A DNA stretch of 64,000 bases from Camelus ferus. Taxonomy: Eukaryota. The translations under genes and the position numbers were made by a program. Each line of letters starts with the position of its first letter. Positions within the stretch are counted from its first letter, which is position 1. The notes below the pieces were generated by a model. That model did no database searches, had not been told where the DNA came from, and worked only from the letters and a program-made list of their open reading frames with translations. Shown piece after piece: positions 1 through 13,385 of this stretch. The stretch covers positions 31,374,001-31,438,000 of the forward strand of contig NC_045697.1 of assembly GCF_009834535.1 (NCBI RefSeq). The letters run 5' to 3'.

Positions 1-539
1 CATTTACAGCATGTTCTAAAGTGGCAATAATAATTTAGCTATGTGAATTCCTGACCTTGCTTTTTTGCCTGTTTTACTAGTAAATAGGGAAAGTGGAATA
101 AAATCAAAATAAAATATTCCTATAGAAGAAGAATCCACTCATGACTAGTTTATTAAGCAGAAGTTACGATTTTAGTTGACGGGGGCTAAATATTTAAAGC
201 CTTGCAAACCACGAGTAAATGAGCTTCATTTTATTCCAGGTGTATTATTTCTGGAAACCACAGCAGTCTTTTCCACCTCTACCTAAGTTTCTAATACCAC
301 CACTTGTAACTCTGCCAGGATTTAGCTTGCTGTTAATCCCCCAAAACTTCAGAGGATGCACATGTTCTTTATATTTTGAGTTCACACAGAAATATACATC
401 TCATTATGTTCTGCAAAAGCAAAAACAAACAAAAAATGAAGATCTCTTTTCCTTGGGCTTTGATAACCCCTAAGAGGATATTTTATTCTTTATTTCCTTC
501 TATGATCAAACTTCATGTAACTATGGCTCCATTAGTGTC

Positions 540-1150
540 TTGCTCTCTTTTCCTGCCATTCTTTGCTCTTGAGTTTGCTGCAATCTGGTTTCCGTACACA
601 GACATCACTAAAGGGTCATAATTAGACACCCCCTCTTAATGTTTTATTGATCATTCAGTGAGATTCCAAGCTTTCTTTGTTATGTTTGTTCTATTTTTGG
701 TTATCACTGATCTCTTCTTTCTGGGGATTTATAGAGACACTTCAAGCCAGCTTGTTCCCTCTTTCATCGACAGACTCTTCTTTCTTCCTCCTCAACACTT
801 TTTCAAGCTGTGACTAAGCCCTGTTAATTTTCTTTCCTATAAGAAAAGCAAATAGGTCGCCTTTCTCACTCCTGGATCTCACTGTTTCAGTCCAGTCCCT
901 TCTCAGTCTTCACTTATAACACACAATCTCTGAAGGCTTCCCAACTTCAGTTTTGCCCCAGTAAACCATTCTTCACACTGACACAAGGTACAATTCTCCA
1001 AAATACAAATATGAGCAAGTGAGTCCTCTGTTTAAAACAATTTTAAGACTTTCCATTACCTACAGGATTAACATGCAAGCTTCCAAATAGCTCATGATAC
1101 AATTCTGCTTATCTTTCTAAACTCATTTCTCATTTCTTCTCTTATACACT
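540..1150 (+). mobile_element. L2 LINE fragment (ancient, degenerate)
   Basis: 970-1080 'ttcacactgacacaaggtacaattctccaaaatacaaatatgagcaagtgagtcctctgtttaaaac...ttccattacctacaggattaa' resembles the L2 3' region; boundaries approximate. Confidence 0.55.
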
Positions 1151-1620
1151 CTTCACAAACTATGGTAAATTATTTTCTTTTTTAGGTAAATAAATGATTA
1201 AAATAATCTTTCCCATAGATAGGAATCATCCATTTAAAGTATAATAAAAATTAACAAAAGGAACAAAATGATAAATGGAAAAGTGAATAAGCTTCACAAG
1301 AAATGGGTAAGATCTATGCGAATGAAACTTCCCACTGCTAACAAGACGGAAACGGAGTTTTGAATAAATTAGCTTTCAAAGGAAGATTCATTCATTTGTG
1401 TGTTAGAATATGTCATTTCTCTTTAATCTACAAATTCAGCAACTAAAATAGGGTAAATGTATTCTAAAGTCCATGTAGAAAAGAAAACTTTAAGAATGTC
1501 AAGGACATTCTAAAAGGTTGACTTGTGAAAGAAGGGAAAAGATAAAATATATAAAATAATAAAGCTACATAGTTAAGTAAACCAGTGTACCACAGGTGAG
1601 GAGCAGATATGCTCAATGAT

Positions 1621-2395
1621 TGTGTGGCCTTGAAAAAGCTTTTGTTTTAGATTTCTATTAATAGGATTCTCCTGAAATAATCTGACATTACGTCTTATGC
1701 TTCTGGAGATCTTAGTTGTGGTGACAATACAGGACTTTTTCATAGTCACAAGGCATCTTGGGTTATGTCAGTCCTTCCTGGCTTCAGCTCCACTCAGCTG
1801 ACGCCAGGGACGATCCTCACTTACAATATCTGCAGCTAAGTTTCTGAATCAGCTCTGCAACCAAGTCAGAAGAGTAAATGTCCCTCCTCCTCCACGGGTC
1901 AAGGTACAAATAAACGTGCTGCTCTGTATCACATCAGCTGGGGTTAGACCCAGAGGCCACCCCATAGCCCTGGGCTGTTTTAAGGGTTCTTTTTTTGTAT
2001 GACTGTGCTTCATACTTAGTTCTTGATAAGCATCCTATTGTCAGCGGAGTGAAGTTACACTCCCCTAGTTACTGCACCTCCTATTTCGATGGGAGTCAAA
2101 CCTTGAATTTCGCCCCCGCTTGTTTGTTATACATTCCAAATGGGGCAGCTCGCGTAGAACCACTAGGCTTCACTTTCTGCAAAAGAGGGACGCGTCGATG
2201 CTAAGGTATCGCTTATTCCCACTAAAAACCTGGGCTCCTAATTTGTTGCCTGCTAAGATCCACTTCAAGTTTCCCAAACAAATTTGTTAAGGGATCAAGA
2301 TTTCTTCCCTCACAGCCGTTATCCCAATGAGATGCTCTCACCTCAAATGTATGGGGAAGTGAGACGAGCCTCTTGTTCCCCTGGTTGGCCTCACA
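1621..2395. mobile_element. Putative solo LTR / unclassified CpG-retaining element
   Basis: Starts TGTGTGGCC and ends GGCCTCACA (9 bp imperfect inverted termini, TG..CA); AATAAA near 1909; more CpG than flanks; no clean TSD; family not recognised. Confidence 0.3.
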
Positions 2396-3601
2396 AATGT
2401 ATTAACTGTCTCTTTCCCTCTCATTACCCTTGCTGCTTTGGTAATTCCAATTCATGCCTCAGGAAAATGAGAAATGACATGTGATGAGCTTCTGGGTAGC
2501 TCACAAATTGTTGAAATAGTGAATATTAAATTTCTGATCTACAAATAGACTCATGCATAGAAGTAGGCGGAAGGATTTATGGATATCAGATAAGGCTCCC
2601 ACATCTAGAAAAACATTCTTCACTATATGTCACAACTGAAATTATTCTACTTCTAGAGAGGTATTCATTTTTGTCCTGAAAATTTTGATGTTATTCAGTG
2701 GCCACACTTTAAGTTATTATTATGCAAATCCTATTTTTGAAATCAGCTGATAATGATTGCATTCAGTTACAATTGATCATGGTGTCCTTATGGATATGGA
2801 TACAATCGGATACAAACTATGAAAGGGGCTTTGGCAGAATTCTAGCCACAACTATCAGTTCTTTGTCTACTTTCCAATATCATCCGAAGAGACGCTAGTT
2901 TGTAAGATAAGGACTAGCAGAGATAAATTAAGCAATACACATATTTCTTTAAAATTACTTGTTGTTGTTAAAATCAAGGTGGACAGTAATGTAGTATGTT
3001 ATATGCAAGAAAATATATATGGGCTAAAGCAGTGAATATCAAATTTTTGGTTTTGGGTCCCTAAAATTCCCCTGCTGAGACTGTTAAGATGAGATATTAA
3101 GGAGCATAGAAATTGGGCTTTCAGTTCTTTGGAATTTAACTTGAAAAGCAATTCAATTTTAAAATTTGATAATCAGAGAGGGTTCGATCAAATTTGGTCA
3201 AGACTTTATACATTTTATTAACAGAGTGTATTATATTTCACATTGAATCAAATTGCAAAGCTTCTAGTGAGCTATATTAAAAAATGTGCCTGGACATAAT
3301 TTGCTATATGAAATATAATATGTAAGTTTTTAAAATCTTTTTGTATGTTGGAATTTTCCAAGACTTTCCCCAAAACAGCCTCTCTCTCTCTCTTATATAT
3401 TCTCACTGATGGCCCTTTGCTTTCAAAGCTCTGCTTGGTCCCATTAATATGATGCTGGACACCTTCTTCCTATTATTCCATACATTACAGCCTCAAGAAG
3501 CTCTGCTCAGAATTTCTTAGCCCCAAGACCCTAACATTAGCCAAAACTTCATATTTTGATCACTAGAGAAGAGACTTTGGATAGAACTAAATTGTTTGTC
3601 A

Positions 3602-3603
<2 letters not shown>

Positions 3604-3656
<53 letters not shown>
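3604..3656. repeat. (TG)n microsatellite, about 26 units
   Basis: Directly visible perfect run. Confidence 0.98.
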
Positions 3657-3664
<8 letters not shown>

Positions 3665-5059
3665 AAAATGAGAGATAGAGCATGTTAGTGTGAGTTTTTG
3701 TCTCCCTATATGATCTCTGTGTGTTTTGCTCATGTTGGCTTAGATTCAAAGTAAAGAGAGAAAAAGAAACAATGGATTTATGAAATTAATTAATTGATTA
3801 ATTAATATAGAGTTTCTGTGTAAAGGGGCATTTGCATTTACATTATAACAGAATACTTGGTTATGGGTTGAAAAGCTCTCAAAAGCTCTTGTCTTCTGTG
3901 AAAACTGGATCTTTTTAGGATATATTTTGTTATCCGGCAAAGGGAAATTCTCCTAATTGCACATATTAAGCTGTCTCCAATCTATACCATCTCAAGTGTG
4001 AATTATATCATTAAATCTTTGTCAAAAGAGAAGACAGCTATGGGAAAACCAAACTTTATTGGCAGTGGAAAAGGAAAGAGAAAAAGTTAGAGATAACAAA
4101 GACAAGACAGGACAAAAAAGGCAAATAGAGAAGAGAAGAAGAGTGATTTTAAGGATAATACTTTCAAACGCTTGACCAGTGGAGAGCATCATGTTGTCCC
4201 ACCTCATGGGTCCACCAACTTTTAGGTCAGTACATGACTGTACATAGTGACTCTGTCTTCTCCAAATGGAAAGTGAGCAATTTCAGCTCTCCTGTGGAAG
4301 CTGATAAAATGCTTTATGATGAGTCTTGGTAAAAATTAATGTCTGATTGTTCTTGACCATGAAAATGTATAGTTCGGTTTCAGGGAATTTCTTGAACCAG
4401 AGGAACTAGCTATGGTGTGCATGTTTCTGAGTTTTGGTTGGTTTTTCATATTCCTTAGAAGACAACAGAAAGTTGAAAATTGGATGGTTTCTCACTACAC
4501 TTTATTCAATAAAATAAAAAATTTTAATGGGTTGTTGAGGCCTCTTTAAGTTCTGAGCACGTTTTCACTTTCCTTGAGGATTTTGGGACTCATGTGGCCA
4601 TATGTTTAAAAGCTATTGAGAAAAACAACTCTTTGATAATCAACATTGTCTTCTATTTAGGTTTTCATACAATTTGATATATGATTAGGGTTGGACACTT
4701 TTAGGCTCTTTTAGTTCTTATAATAATCACTTCATTGTTGCTTTAAATCAGCTACAGATTTTTAGTGTAAAGAAAAAGTGTGGCCACTGAACACATTTAA
4801 GAAAGAAATGTCAAACATATTTGAAAATTTATAATTGTAAAAACAGAATTGTTTAATTGGATTAAAACAAGAACAGAAGTTCTTTCCACATGGCACCTAA
4901 GAATGAGATTTTTGATTTATAGTGTCATTTAAATTCAACCCATTGTTAAAACTGTATTGCATCCCCATCATGTTCTAAGACCTCTGGTAGGTACTGAAGA
5001 TTCACAACTGCACACGGGTATCCCTTATATATCTGCTGCACCTTTTAGAAAGTAAATAG

Positions 5060-5398
5060 AGCAACAGACTTATTTCTATGCACTCAGTTTGTCCACAATG
5101 CTTTGGAAAGAAGTTTCACTTATATCTTCTTTAGGATTTCAGGCTGAAGGAGCAGCCTCAATACCAGACATTTCTAGATTGATTTGTGAGAAGGACTTAT
5201 GAGCTCTGGGATGTATCACAATGCCAATTTAGGTTTAGCCTAGAAGAGATATATCTGCTTCTTTAATTTACATTTTATTGGCTAAAACTAGTTTACATGT
5301 CCTGACTCAGTTAGATGGCATCCTCATGTCGTTCTACTATATACTCAGAAGAATTAGAACCAAAAAAAAATGGACAAAGAGTATTAATGATAACTACA
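5060..5398 (-). mobile_element. MaLR LTR fragment (MLT1I/J-like)
   Basis: 'caggctgaaggagcagcc', 'cattttattggctaaaactagtttacatg' and the end 'attaatgataactaca' resemble old MLT1 LTRs in reverse. Confidence 0.5.
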
Positions 5399-6549
5399 GA
5401 TCCCATCCAAGTTACTAACTACATTGCAGTGAATTAAAGAAGTATCGTATGATGTGGCTGTCCCTTAGGGGCAACACCCATTTCTATAGAAATACCACAC
5501 ACTCATATATTTACTAAATAAAAAAAATTTTCAGTTAATATAACAAAAAAACTCCTCTATGTACTTAGAGTTTCATCAGTTCCCTGAGATACAAATTTTG
5601 AAAGAAAATTTTTATGCTTTTATTTATAAAGTTATTTTAAAATAAATCATCACCTGAAAACCAACATTTACAATTTCAGTCTCTCCCCTTAACTCCCAAT
5701 ACCAGTTATCCACCCCACCATAACATTTCTATTTTAATCAATAATTCTATTATTTTCTAAAAATTACATGACATTGTCTATGTTTTTTGATTATTTACTC
5801 TTCTGCGTGATCCCCACTGCAAATGCTGAATACTAATCAAAATGGAAAAGAGTTGGTTGTGGTTATGTTTAAGCAGAAAATCGCTCCGGTCTGTGGGATG
5901 CCTTTAGAAGACATTTATGCGTACACCATGCTGTGGTGTCTCAGGTGTAGCAGATGGTGTGCAATGGCTGACCATCGCCAAAATAGGATGGTTTGACTAT
6001 TAGAGGGGCAGGAGTGTGGGGAGTCAGTATCCATTAGCTTTTATTAAGTATCACCCAATAGGACATCCCCTCCATCTACTATATTCACTCCATTACTGAA
6101 ATTAAAGGCACAATGTTTAAAAGTGAGAAACCCAACAATAAGTGGAAAAAAAAACACATAAAAATATAGTTGTTACTCTAAAATTGGCAGCCATCAAAGA
6201 AAGGAGGGGGGGGGCAATGGCGATTTATTACTTCAAAAAAGAAAAAAAGAGAAAGAAACAAAACAGAAATACACAAAACACTCTGACTTCCTCTTTTCAT
6301 TCTTCACATCCAATCAACCATCAATTTCTGCTGATTCTCCCTTAATGTTTTCTTATACTTTTGTCTTCTTTTTTATATTTCTAGTGTCATTTTCCTATTT
6401 CAAGTCTATGCTCCATTTCAACAGAACTATTGCAATAAATTTGTGATTTCTCTCACTACCCCAGGAATATGTACTGTTAATTCAGCACCACCAGCATTGG
6501 TACCTTCTTTCCTTATCCAACCATTGTCAGGATTCCTTGTTTTGTAGGC

Positions 6550-7264
6550 CAGTGTTTCCCAGTGGGGGTGATACTGAACCCTAGGGAGTGTTTTAGAATT
6601 TCATGGCAAAGGATGGGTTTTCATGGGAACTGGAGGGTTCCTACTGGCATAGTTGAGGATGCAGGATCCAGGCTTGCAAGGCTGCAAATGCAGGGCAACT
6701 TCACACAAAGTGTTTCCCAGCATCTTGCATGATTTCTATCTACCATTTGGTCAAAAGTCTGCGTCAAGTTAAATGAACCTAAAAACTTTCCCTATTTTTC
6801 ATAAGAACATGTTTTGTACATTATTATATACAATGAATTTTCCAAGATGCCACTAACATTTACATTGAAAGATGACTTTTTTTATAACTTGATGAAAAGT
6901 TACTTAATATTTCTGAAGATTATGTCACTAACACCCATTATATTTGTGGGGTTTTAGACAAGAATAATCAGTACTAACTTTGTTACTCTCTTAAAATATT
7001 CTTTCCTGGTGATTGTGAATATAGATGTCATCAGACTGTGTTCTGTGTTCTACTATAATCATGTTTAAGCACCTGCAGACCAAAATACATATTATTTCAT
7101 TATAAATTATTTTCTATATATATTTTCCTTTTTATTGCTGTTAAGATATTATGTTTGCTTATATTTTGAGATGTTTATAATTTCCTTCAGAATATTAGTA
7201 AGTTTGTCATCACAAAATATTTACCATAAAAGGGTTTTTTAAAACTAACAATGCTGAGAATCTG
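6550..7264 (+). mobile_element. hAT-Charlie DNA transposon relic (MER20B-like)
   Basis: Starts 'cagtgtttcccagtgggggtgatactgaaccctaggg', contains 'ctactggcat', ends 'ataaaaggg...atgctgagaatctg'; MER20-type termini with a long AT-rich interior. Confidence 0.6.
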
Positions 7265-7269
7265 CTCAA

Positions 7270-7710
7270 ATAAATGATAGACAAATTGTTTTGCTTGTCT
7301 TTTCAGGTCCTCCACAATTTCCTTTTATATCTTGTACTCTATTACTTCTTAACGTGCACCCTCTGTCTCTGCCAAATTGGTTGAGTTCTTCACTGAGTAA
7401 TCTTTAGCCCTGCCAGCAATGCCTTCTCTTCCTTTTTACTCTTTATCAAAAGACTCTTCATTCTTCCAAGCCAATCTTTCCTGATTGCCCTGACTTGCAG
7501 TGAGGAATCTGTATCTGTAATCTTCAGGACGATGCATTAGTCACTTAAATCATGCTGTTTATCTCTTTTGTGTCTATGTCTTTCTTCTAAATCAGTTTTC
7601 AGCTTCTCAAGGATTAAGATGTAGGAACTCGCTCAGACTCTGTCTTCCCCAGTGTGCCTAGCATTCTCTTTATATATAATAAGTACAGAGGAATATTTGT
7701 TGATTGATTA
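7270..7710 (+). mobile_element. L2 LINE 3' end; probably continues the L2-like sequence at ~6290-6545
   Basis: Ends 'ccccagtgtgcctagca...gaatatttgttgattgatta', a typical L2 tail. Confidence 0.6.
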
Positions 7711-8751
7711 GTTTCGTGGTTAATATACCTCTTAGTGCTTCTCAAAACAGGTTACATGAGGATATTATGGGAGGTTATTAAGAGCAAAAATAGCCAGGCT
7801 ATAGCCCAGATCTCTTAGGTCTAGTTCATTGATCTATAAACTCAGTCTATGTTGAGCTTCTGATGCGTTTGATTGGTCCTTCCTGTCTTTCTGGAGTGTG
7901 AATCTAGTTGCCCTTTTCCTTATGCCACACAGCACTTGCGATGAAACCTAGTTAAGTGTCACTGAGATTTATCAGAGAATCATAGAATGCTGGTGCTATC
8001 AAGTACCATACTGACCCACTGGCCTCTGCTGTATGTGTCACTCAGCTGAGTTCTGTAAAGTAGCAGCTTTTTGTACCTGCATGGAGACAGTCAGAATGAC
8101 AAATAATTCCATCTCCTATGATCACTTCTATTCCACTACCCAATTTCAGTTGCCAAAAGATTGGAGACTCCTGATAAATCAGAGGAAGAATAAATCATGG
8201 GTTGCATTTCTTTTGCAGTATTCATAAAATTTCCATATCCATCAAAACTTTGTACTTTCCTTGTTTATTTCCATAAATACATTATTGGTTGAGAATTTAA
8301 TCATTGGACTACACAATAAAACACAAAAGAAGCAAGCAAGAGAACAAACAAGGCAAAAACCACCTTCATTTTTCTTTACTTTGATATTATCCTTCGAACT
8401 TCAGGCAAAAGATACAGTAATTTCTCTCTTTGTGTTAGTAAGCATCATTGATATTACCATACAAATATAATACCCATGATTCCATGAAAATGAGATATTA
8501 TCTAGAAATATACAACTTCTAGTATTCTACTTTCTTTAGGAAAACGCATAAAGTGAACAATTCTATCCAAGATAAAATTTGGTTGTGCAGCCTGCGAAAG
8601 TCAGTTCTTATTTCCTTCTCCAGTGAAAGGAACTGCCAAATGCTCTCTTGTACAGACTCAAGATCACCTTGAAGCAATTTTTAGAAGGGTATCTCACATT
8701 ATATAAATGCGTTAGAGGCTAGCTCTCCAACCAGCGAACAACACTTAAATC

Positions 8752-9150
8752 GTTCAATCATTCATTTAGTAAATAATTCTTGAGTCATTCCATGTGCCAG
8801 ACGTGGTTTTAGGCCTTGGGAATTCAACAGGGGTCACAACAGACAAAGTCCTTGCAATGGTATCATTTACTGGTGAGAAAGAGAAAAGTATCCAGACACG
8901 TGATGAAAAGATCAGGTTGTGCGACGTGACCTAAAGAACAATGGATTGCATCGAGGTTGTAAAGAGTGATGGCGGCTGCCGTTTTAGACGGGGTCACGGG
9001 GAAAAGCCTCTCTGAGGAGGCGGCACCTGAGCAGGGCCGAGGGAGTCTCAGGCAGAGAGAAAGCGGGTACAATGGGGAGCAGGGAGTGACCGGCACGCTG
9101 GGAGAACAGCGGACATTCTGCTGGGATAGGGTCTTTGCGAGGGTCCCTGA
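8752..9150 (-). mobile_element. L2 LINE 3' end, reverse
   Basis: 'tcattcatttagtaaataattcttgagtcattccatgtgccagacgtggttttaggc...acagacaaagtccttgc...aagcctctctgaggagg'. Confidence 0.7.
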
Positions 9151-9989
9151 AATAATTGTACGTGGGTATGGAATGAAACAGCACTGGGCTGGCTGGGGCT
9201 CTGTGCTCAGAGCGGGGTGGCTGGGAAGCTGCCTTCAGAGCACAGAAACTTCTGGTTCTGACCCCACAATCCTAAGAAGCCCTAAGAAGCCCTGTTGTTT
9301 GTAAACTACAAGTTGCTGTTGAGGCTCTCTGGTCTGTTAGGACACTTTCAGCTCAACAGAAGCCAGAGTGTTTCTCTCTTCATTTTAAATGCAGCTGGAA
9401 GAGGTTCTTTGTGGCCAGTTGGGGAATTGCAAAAAAACGCAACTTGGCCTTCAAAGACAATTTAGTTTCCCTGATAATGACCTTCTGAGCATCTTGGCCT
9501 CACAGGCCATCAGCTCCTTCTCGGAGGCTCAGCTTACCAGCAGGGGGAGCTCAGCAGGGTCCTGGTCCCCGAGCTGTGCCACACGCAGCAGTATTTCAGT
9601 CCCAGAGCAGACCTTTTCCCCAAGGCCAGGACCTTCACCTGCCCAGGAGGGCAGTGCACGTAAGAACCTGCACTGCCCTGCCCCCCGGGGGTGCCTCAGG
9701 GACCTGGCGGCAGAGGCATCGACTCTGAGCCACTTCCTGAATTTGCAAAGGCACATCTAAGTTATGTGGGTGCGCCATAAAAACAGGAATACATGATTCA
9801 AAATATGAAATTCAGTTTGAAAGTTAATGTTGATTCTGAGCAAGAAAATAAAACACAATGAATTATGAATTTTGAATTCTGACAGATACAAACATTATGA
9901 TGTTTGAAGCGAACAGCATTTTAAAAAACCAAATGATTTCTTTAAACATATTTGTAATAATTTTCCCCTTTATTTTCTAGCTGTATGCT

Positions 9990-10425
9990 TTTTTTCTTTT
10001 TCTTCATTCTCCCTCCCCTAGTCCCCTCCTCTGATAACCACAAATCTGATCTCTTTTTCTATGAGTTTGATGGTTTGGGCTTTTTTTGGTTTGCTTTTTT
10101 GTTTTTTAGAGTCCACATATAAGTGAAATCATAGTGTTTGCCTTTTTCTGTCTGATTTATTTCACTTAGTGTAATGTCTTTAAGGCCCATCCATGTTGTC
10201 ACAAGTGGTAGGACGTCTTTCTTTTTGTTTTATATGGCTGAATAATATTCCATTTGTGTGTATATCTTTCTTTCTATCTTTCTATCTATCTATCTATCCA
10301 TCTATCTATCCATCTATCTATCTATACACACACTAAACTTCTTTATCCATCAATGGATACTTAGGTTGTTTCCATGTCTTGGCTATTGTAAATAGTGCTG
10401 CAATGAATGTGGAGGTGGTTGTATA
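9990..10425 (-). mobile_element. L1 fragment (ORF2 end plus 3' UTR) with an internal (TCTA)n tract
   Basis: 'ccacatataagtgaaatcata', 'catccatgttgtcacaagtgg', 'aggttgtttccatgtcttggctattgtaaatagtgctgcaatgaa'; the minus ORF gives FIAALFTIAKTWKQPK, the L1 ORF2 C-terminus. Confidence 0.9.
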
Positions 10426-10545
10426 CACTTTAATCATCTCTGCACAGGACAAAATTTTGTATAATCGTTTTTGATAGAATAAAGAATTCCTTCTTTCCCT
10501 AGGAGGACTGCTCAAAATTTTTTTTTTATTATTGATAGTTTATAG

Positions 10546-10754
10546 CAGTGGTAGACAAACTTTCTCTTAAAGGACCAGGTAGTAGAGATTTTAGTCTTTG
10601 TTGACTATTAGGGAAAATTGACAATATTATGTAGATTCTCATATAACCATTTAAAATATACCCATGTAAAATGTAAAAATCATTCTTACCTCACTAATAC
10701 AGTTAGAGGTTTGTGGGCCAGATTTACTCCATAGATGAAGTTGGCTAACTCCTG
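10546..10754 (+). mobile_element. hAT-Charlie MITE (MER58-like)
   Basis: 'cagtggtagacaaactttctcttaaaggaccaggtagtagagattttag...gggccagattt...ttggctaactcctg'; flanks gtttatag/gtttagaa resemble a decayed 8 bp TSD. Confidence 0.75.
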
Positions 10755-11055
10755 GTTTAGAAGAGTTTCTTTGAGCTTCAGAACTCCTTATTTGTAATGT
10801 TCATGTAAGTTTGGAAATTGTTAAATTTAGAAAACCTGACAATGTAATTTATTAACCAAATAAAAAAAAGTGTTACTGATAATTACACTGAAACTACAGG
10901 TGTACACAGAAATATCTTGAACAACTTTGACTTATGGCTACACTAAATTACTTTTGATAGCTGAACTTTAATATTTATGGACATGTCACATTTTCTAAAA
11001 GCTAATCAAATATTCTTCTAATTCACCATATGCATTACTATGACTATAGTGGCAC

Positions 11056-11568
11056 TGTATTAGTTTTTGACTGCTGCTGTAACAAATTACCACATTCTTG
11101 GTGACAAAAAACACAAATTGATTATCAAGCAGTTCTGTATGTCATGAGTCTGGCCAAGGTCTCACTGAGCTAAAATAAGGAATGTCAGCCATGCTGCATT
11201 CTTTTTTGGAAGCTCGAGAGAAGAATCTAATTCCTTGCCCTTATTAGCTTCTAGAAGCCACTCACATACTTTGACTCCTGACTCCTGCTTTCCATCTTCA
11301 AAGTCACCAATGTTGTATCTCTCTGACCCTTCTTCTTCAATCACATCTCCCTCTGCCCAGTGACTGGGAAAAATTACCTGCTTTTATGGAAAGATGGGAT
11401 TAAACTGAGCCTAAAAAGATAATACAGAATAATCTAGAATAGCCTCACCATCTCTGGGTTTTTCCCTTAATCCCATCGGCAAAATTCCTTTGTCATGTGA
11501 AGGAACGCATTCCCAGGTTCTGGAGATTGGGATGCAGACATCTTTGGTGGCCCTCATTGTGCCTGTCA
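11056..11568 (-). mobile_element. MaLR solo LTR (MLT1C/D-like)
   Basis: 'tgtattagtttttgactgctgctgtaacaaattaccac...cttctagaagccactcacat...ccaggttctggagattgggatgcagacatctttgg'. Confidence 0.85.
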
Positions 11569-13219
11569 GAGGAACATATTAATTTTATTTGCTTTATTGA
11601 TTTCAGTGTTTCTTGTCAAATCAGCAACTGGTTTGATATTTTCCAACAAATGTTTATATGAAACAGCCATTTTCATTAACTGGATTATCAAGTAATCTGG
11701 GAGGCTATTTATTACTTTGGTTTAAAAATTCTCTCTTCTCCTTACTGCCTTTATTATGAACTGTACTTGGTTTCCTCTGGATGTCCCACATCTCATTAAG
11801 ACCAGATGCATTGGATGTGCTAAAATGACCCTGTATGCTGGAATGAATAAAACATGTGCCTTAGAAGTGATCAGTATGTGTAGCCCAGGCTCCAAATTTG
11901 TTCTCTATAATTTAAATTTAGCATGATTCCATCAAGAAAGGGAAAAATTATGGCACATTTATGATTGCATATTCTGGGTTATCAGGTATATTTATGATCT
12001 GAAAGAAGTTCTATTTTGACTAGACACTGATAAGTGTCAAATCATCTGCTTAGCATTTTATATGTGATGATCGGACAAATTTTCTTCAGACCAGCATTGG
12101 TCCGCAAAACCTGTTTCTCGTCTTTATCTACTTTCCTGACTAGACCCCATAGGGCATATTATTAAAGAATCTCTGGCCCTGTGTCGTCATGTCACGATAA
12201 CATGTGGCTAGTTAGGAGGCTAGCATCAATTTAACTATACACAAAACTAACAGCAAAGCAAGTAGATATAATCTAGCCAATTGTTTTCCCAATTCAATTT
12301 TTCCTCACCAGAATCCCCAGCTGAAATGACATTCCTTCCAAAGCCACGTGGCATGAGGGGAAATGCAGCTCAGGGGACAGCAGAGGAAAGAGACAGCTGT
12401 CTAAACTGCTTGTTGTTAAAATCTCTTACTTTGCATATTAATAATGCACCTGCCCATGTGAACACATGTCTGGGAGCTCTCCCATGGTCTTGGAATAGAC
12501 CTGTTCCAAGCAAAGCACAAAAGCACAGGTTTCAATAGCTTTGAGATATATCTACCTCTGCCAATTTGAAAAAGAGGCCTCTTCACTGAGTGTGACCCAG
12601 GAGAGTAGGTTTGCTCATCTTTAAAGTTTCTCTGTGTCAGGAAAAGATAAATCCCTGGGACCTGAAATGATGCCTTCTGCTGAATGGAAGGCTTTACCCA
12701 GCTGCAAGCTTTAGGCAGTACCTGCTTTTCCCAGAAGTCAGGGAACAATCCATCCTGGTATTTGATTTCCCAACACAGGTAAAAAACATGTTGGATTCTT
12801 CCCTTTGGTAAAACACAAGTGAGTCATCAGATCCTTGGGGATCAGGAGGAGATTTCCCTGTATTTTGGAAAGATTTTCATCGACTGTCATTAGTGAGGAC
12901 TCAACTCCTGAACTGGCATGATATTGGACTTCTCTTTACCACCCACCCCACCCAAAAAATAAAACATCATTACAAAGAGATTAGAATTGTTGAGTGTTCT
13001 TTGAAAGTGCTCTATGAGAATGATATATATTCTGAGCTTTGGAATGCAAGCAAGAGACCAAAGAGATCATCAGGAAAAAAAATTTCCTGCCTTAGAAATC
13101 TCTTTTTAAAATCTGGGTATTTTCGGGAGGTGTTATATTCTATGCCAGTGTCCAATTAAAGCAATTGATATTTATAAAGCAAATTGTGAAAATGGATACT
13201 TTTTTGAGCACCCGTGGTG

Positions 13220-13385
13220 ATTATCACAGCAACCCTGCAAGGTTTATATCCATTTTGCATGTGAGAAAGCTAAGTTTAGTTGGTAAAAATGAGTTCTATA
13301 CCTAACCCAAACCAAACTACCCAAGACCATATAGAAGCAAAACTGGGATTCCAAACTAGGACTTTTTTTTAATCACTATGTTTCC
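13220..13385 (-). mobile_element. MIR SINE fragment
   Basis: 'tccattttgcatgtgagaaagctaag...cccaagaccatatag...ctgggattccaaactagg' matches the reverse MIR core. Confidence 0.55.

Noticed and set aside
3549..3749. His-Thr repeat protein (also 47600-47815)
   Set aside because: Translation of a (CA)n microsatellite
5945..5962. CTCF-like motif 'tagcagatggtgtg'
   Set aside because: Mismatches at key consensus positions; not distinguishable from chance
8966..9760. 112 aa and 123 aa ORFs
   Set aside because: They overlap an L2 relic and a GC-rich patch where stop codons are rarer; no recognisable protein motifs
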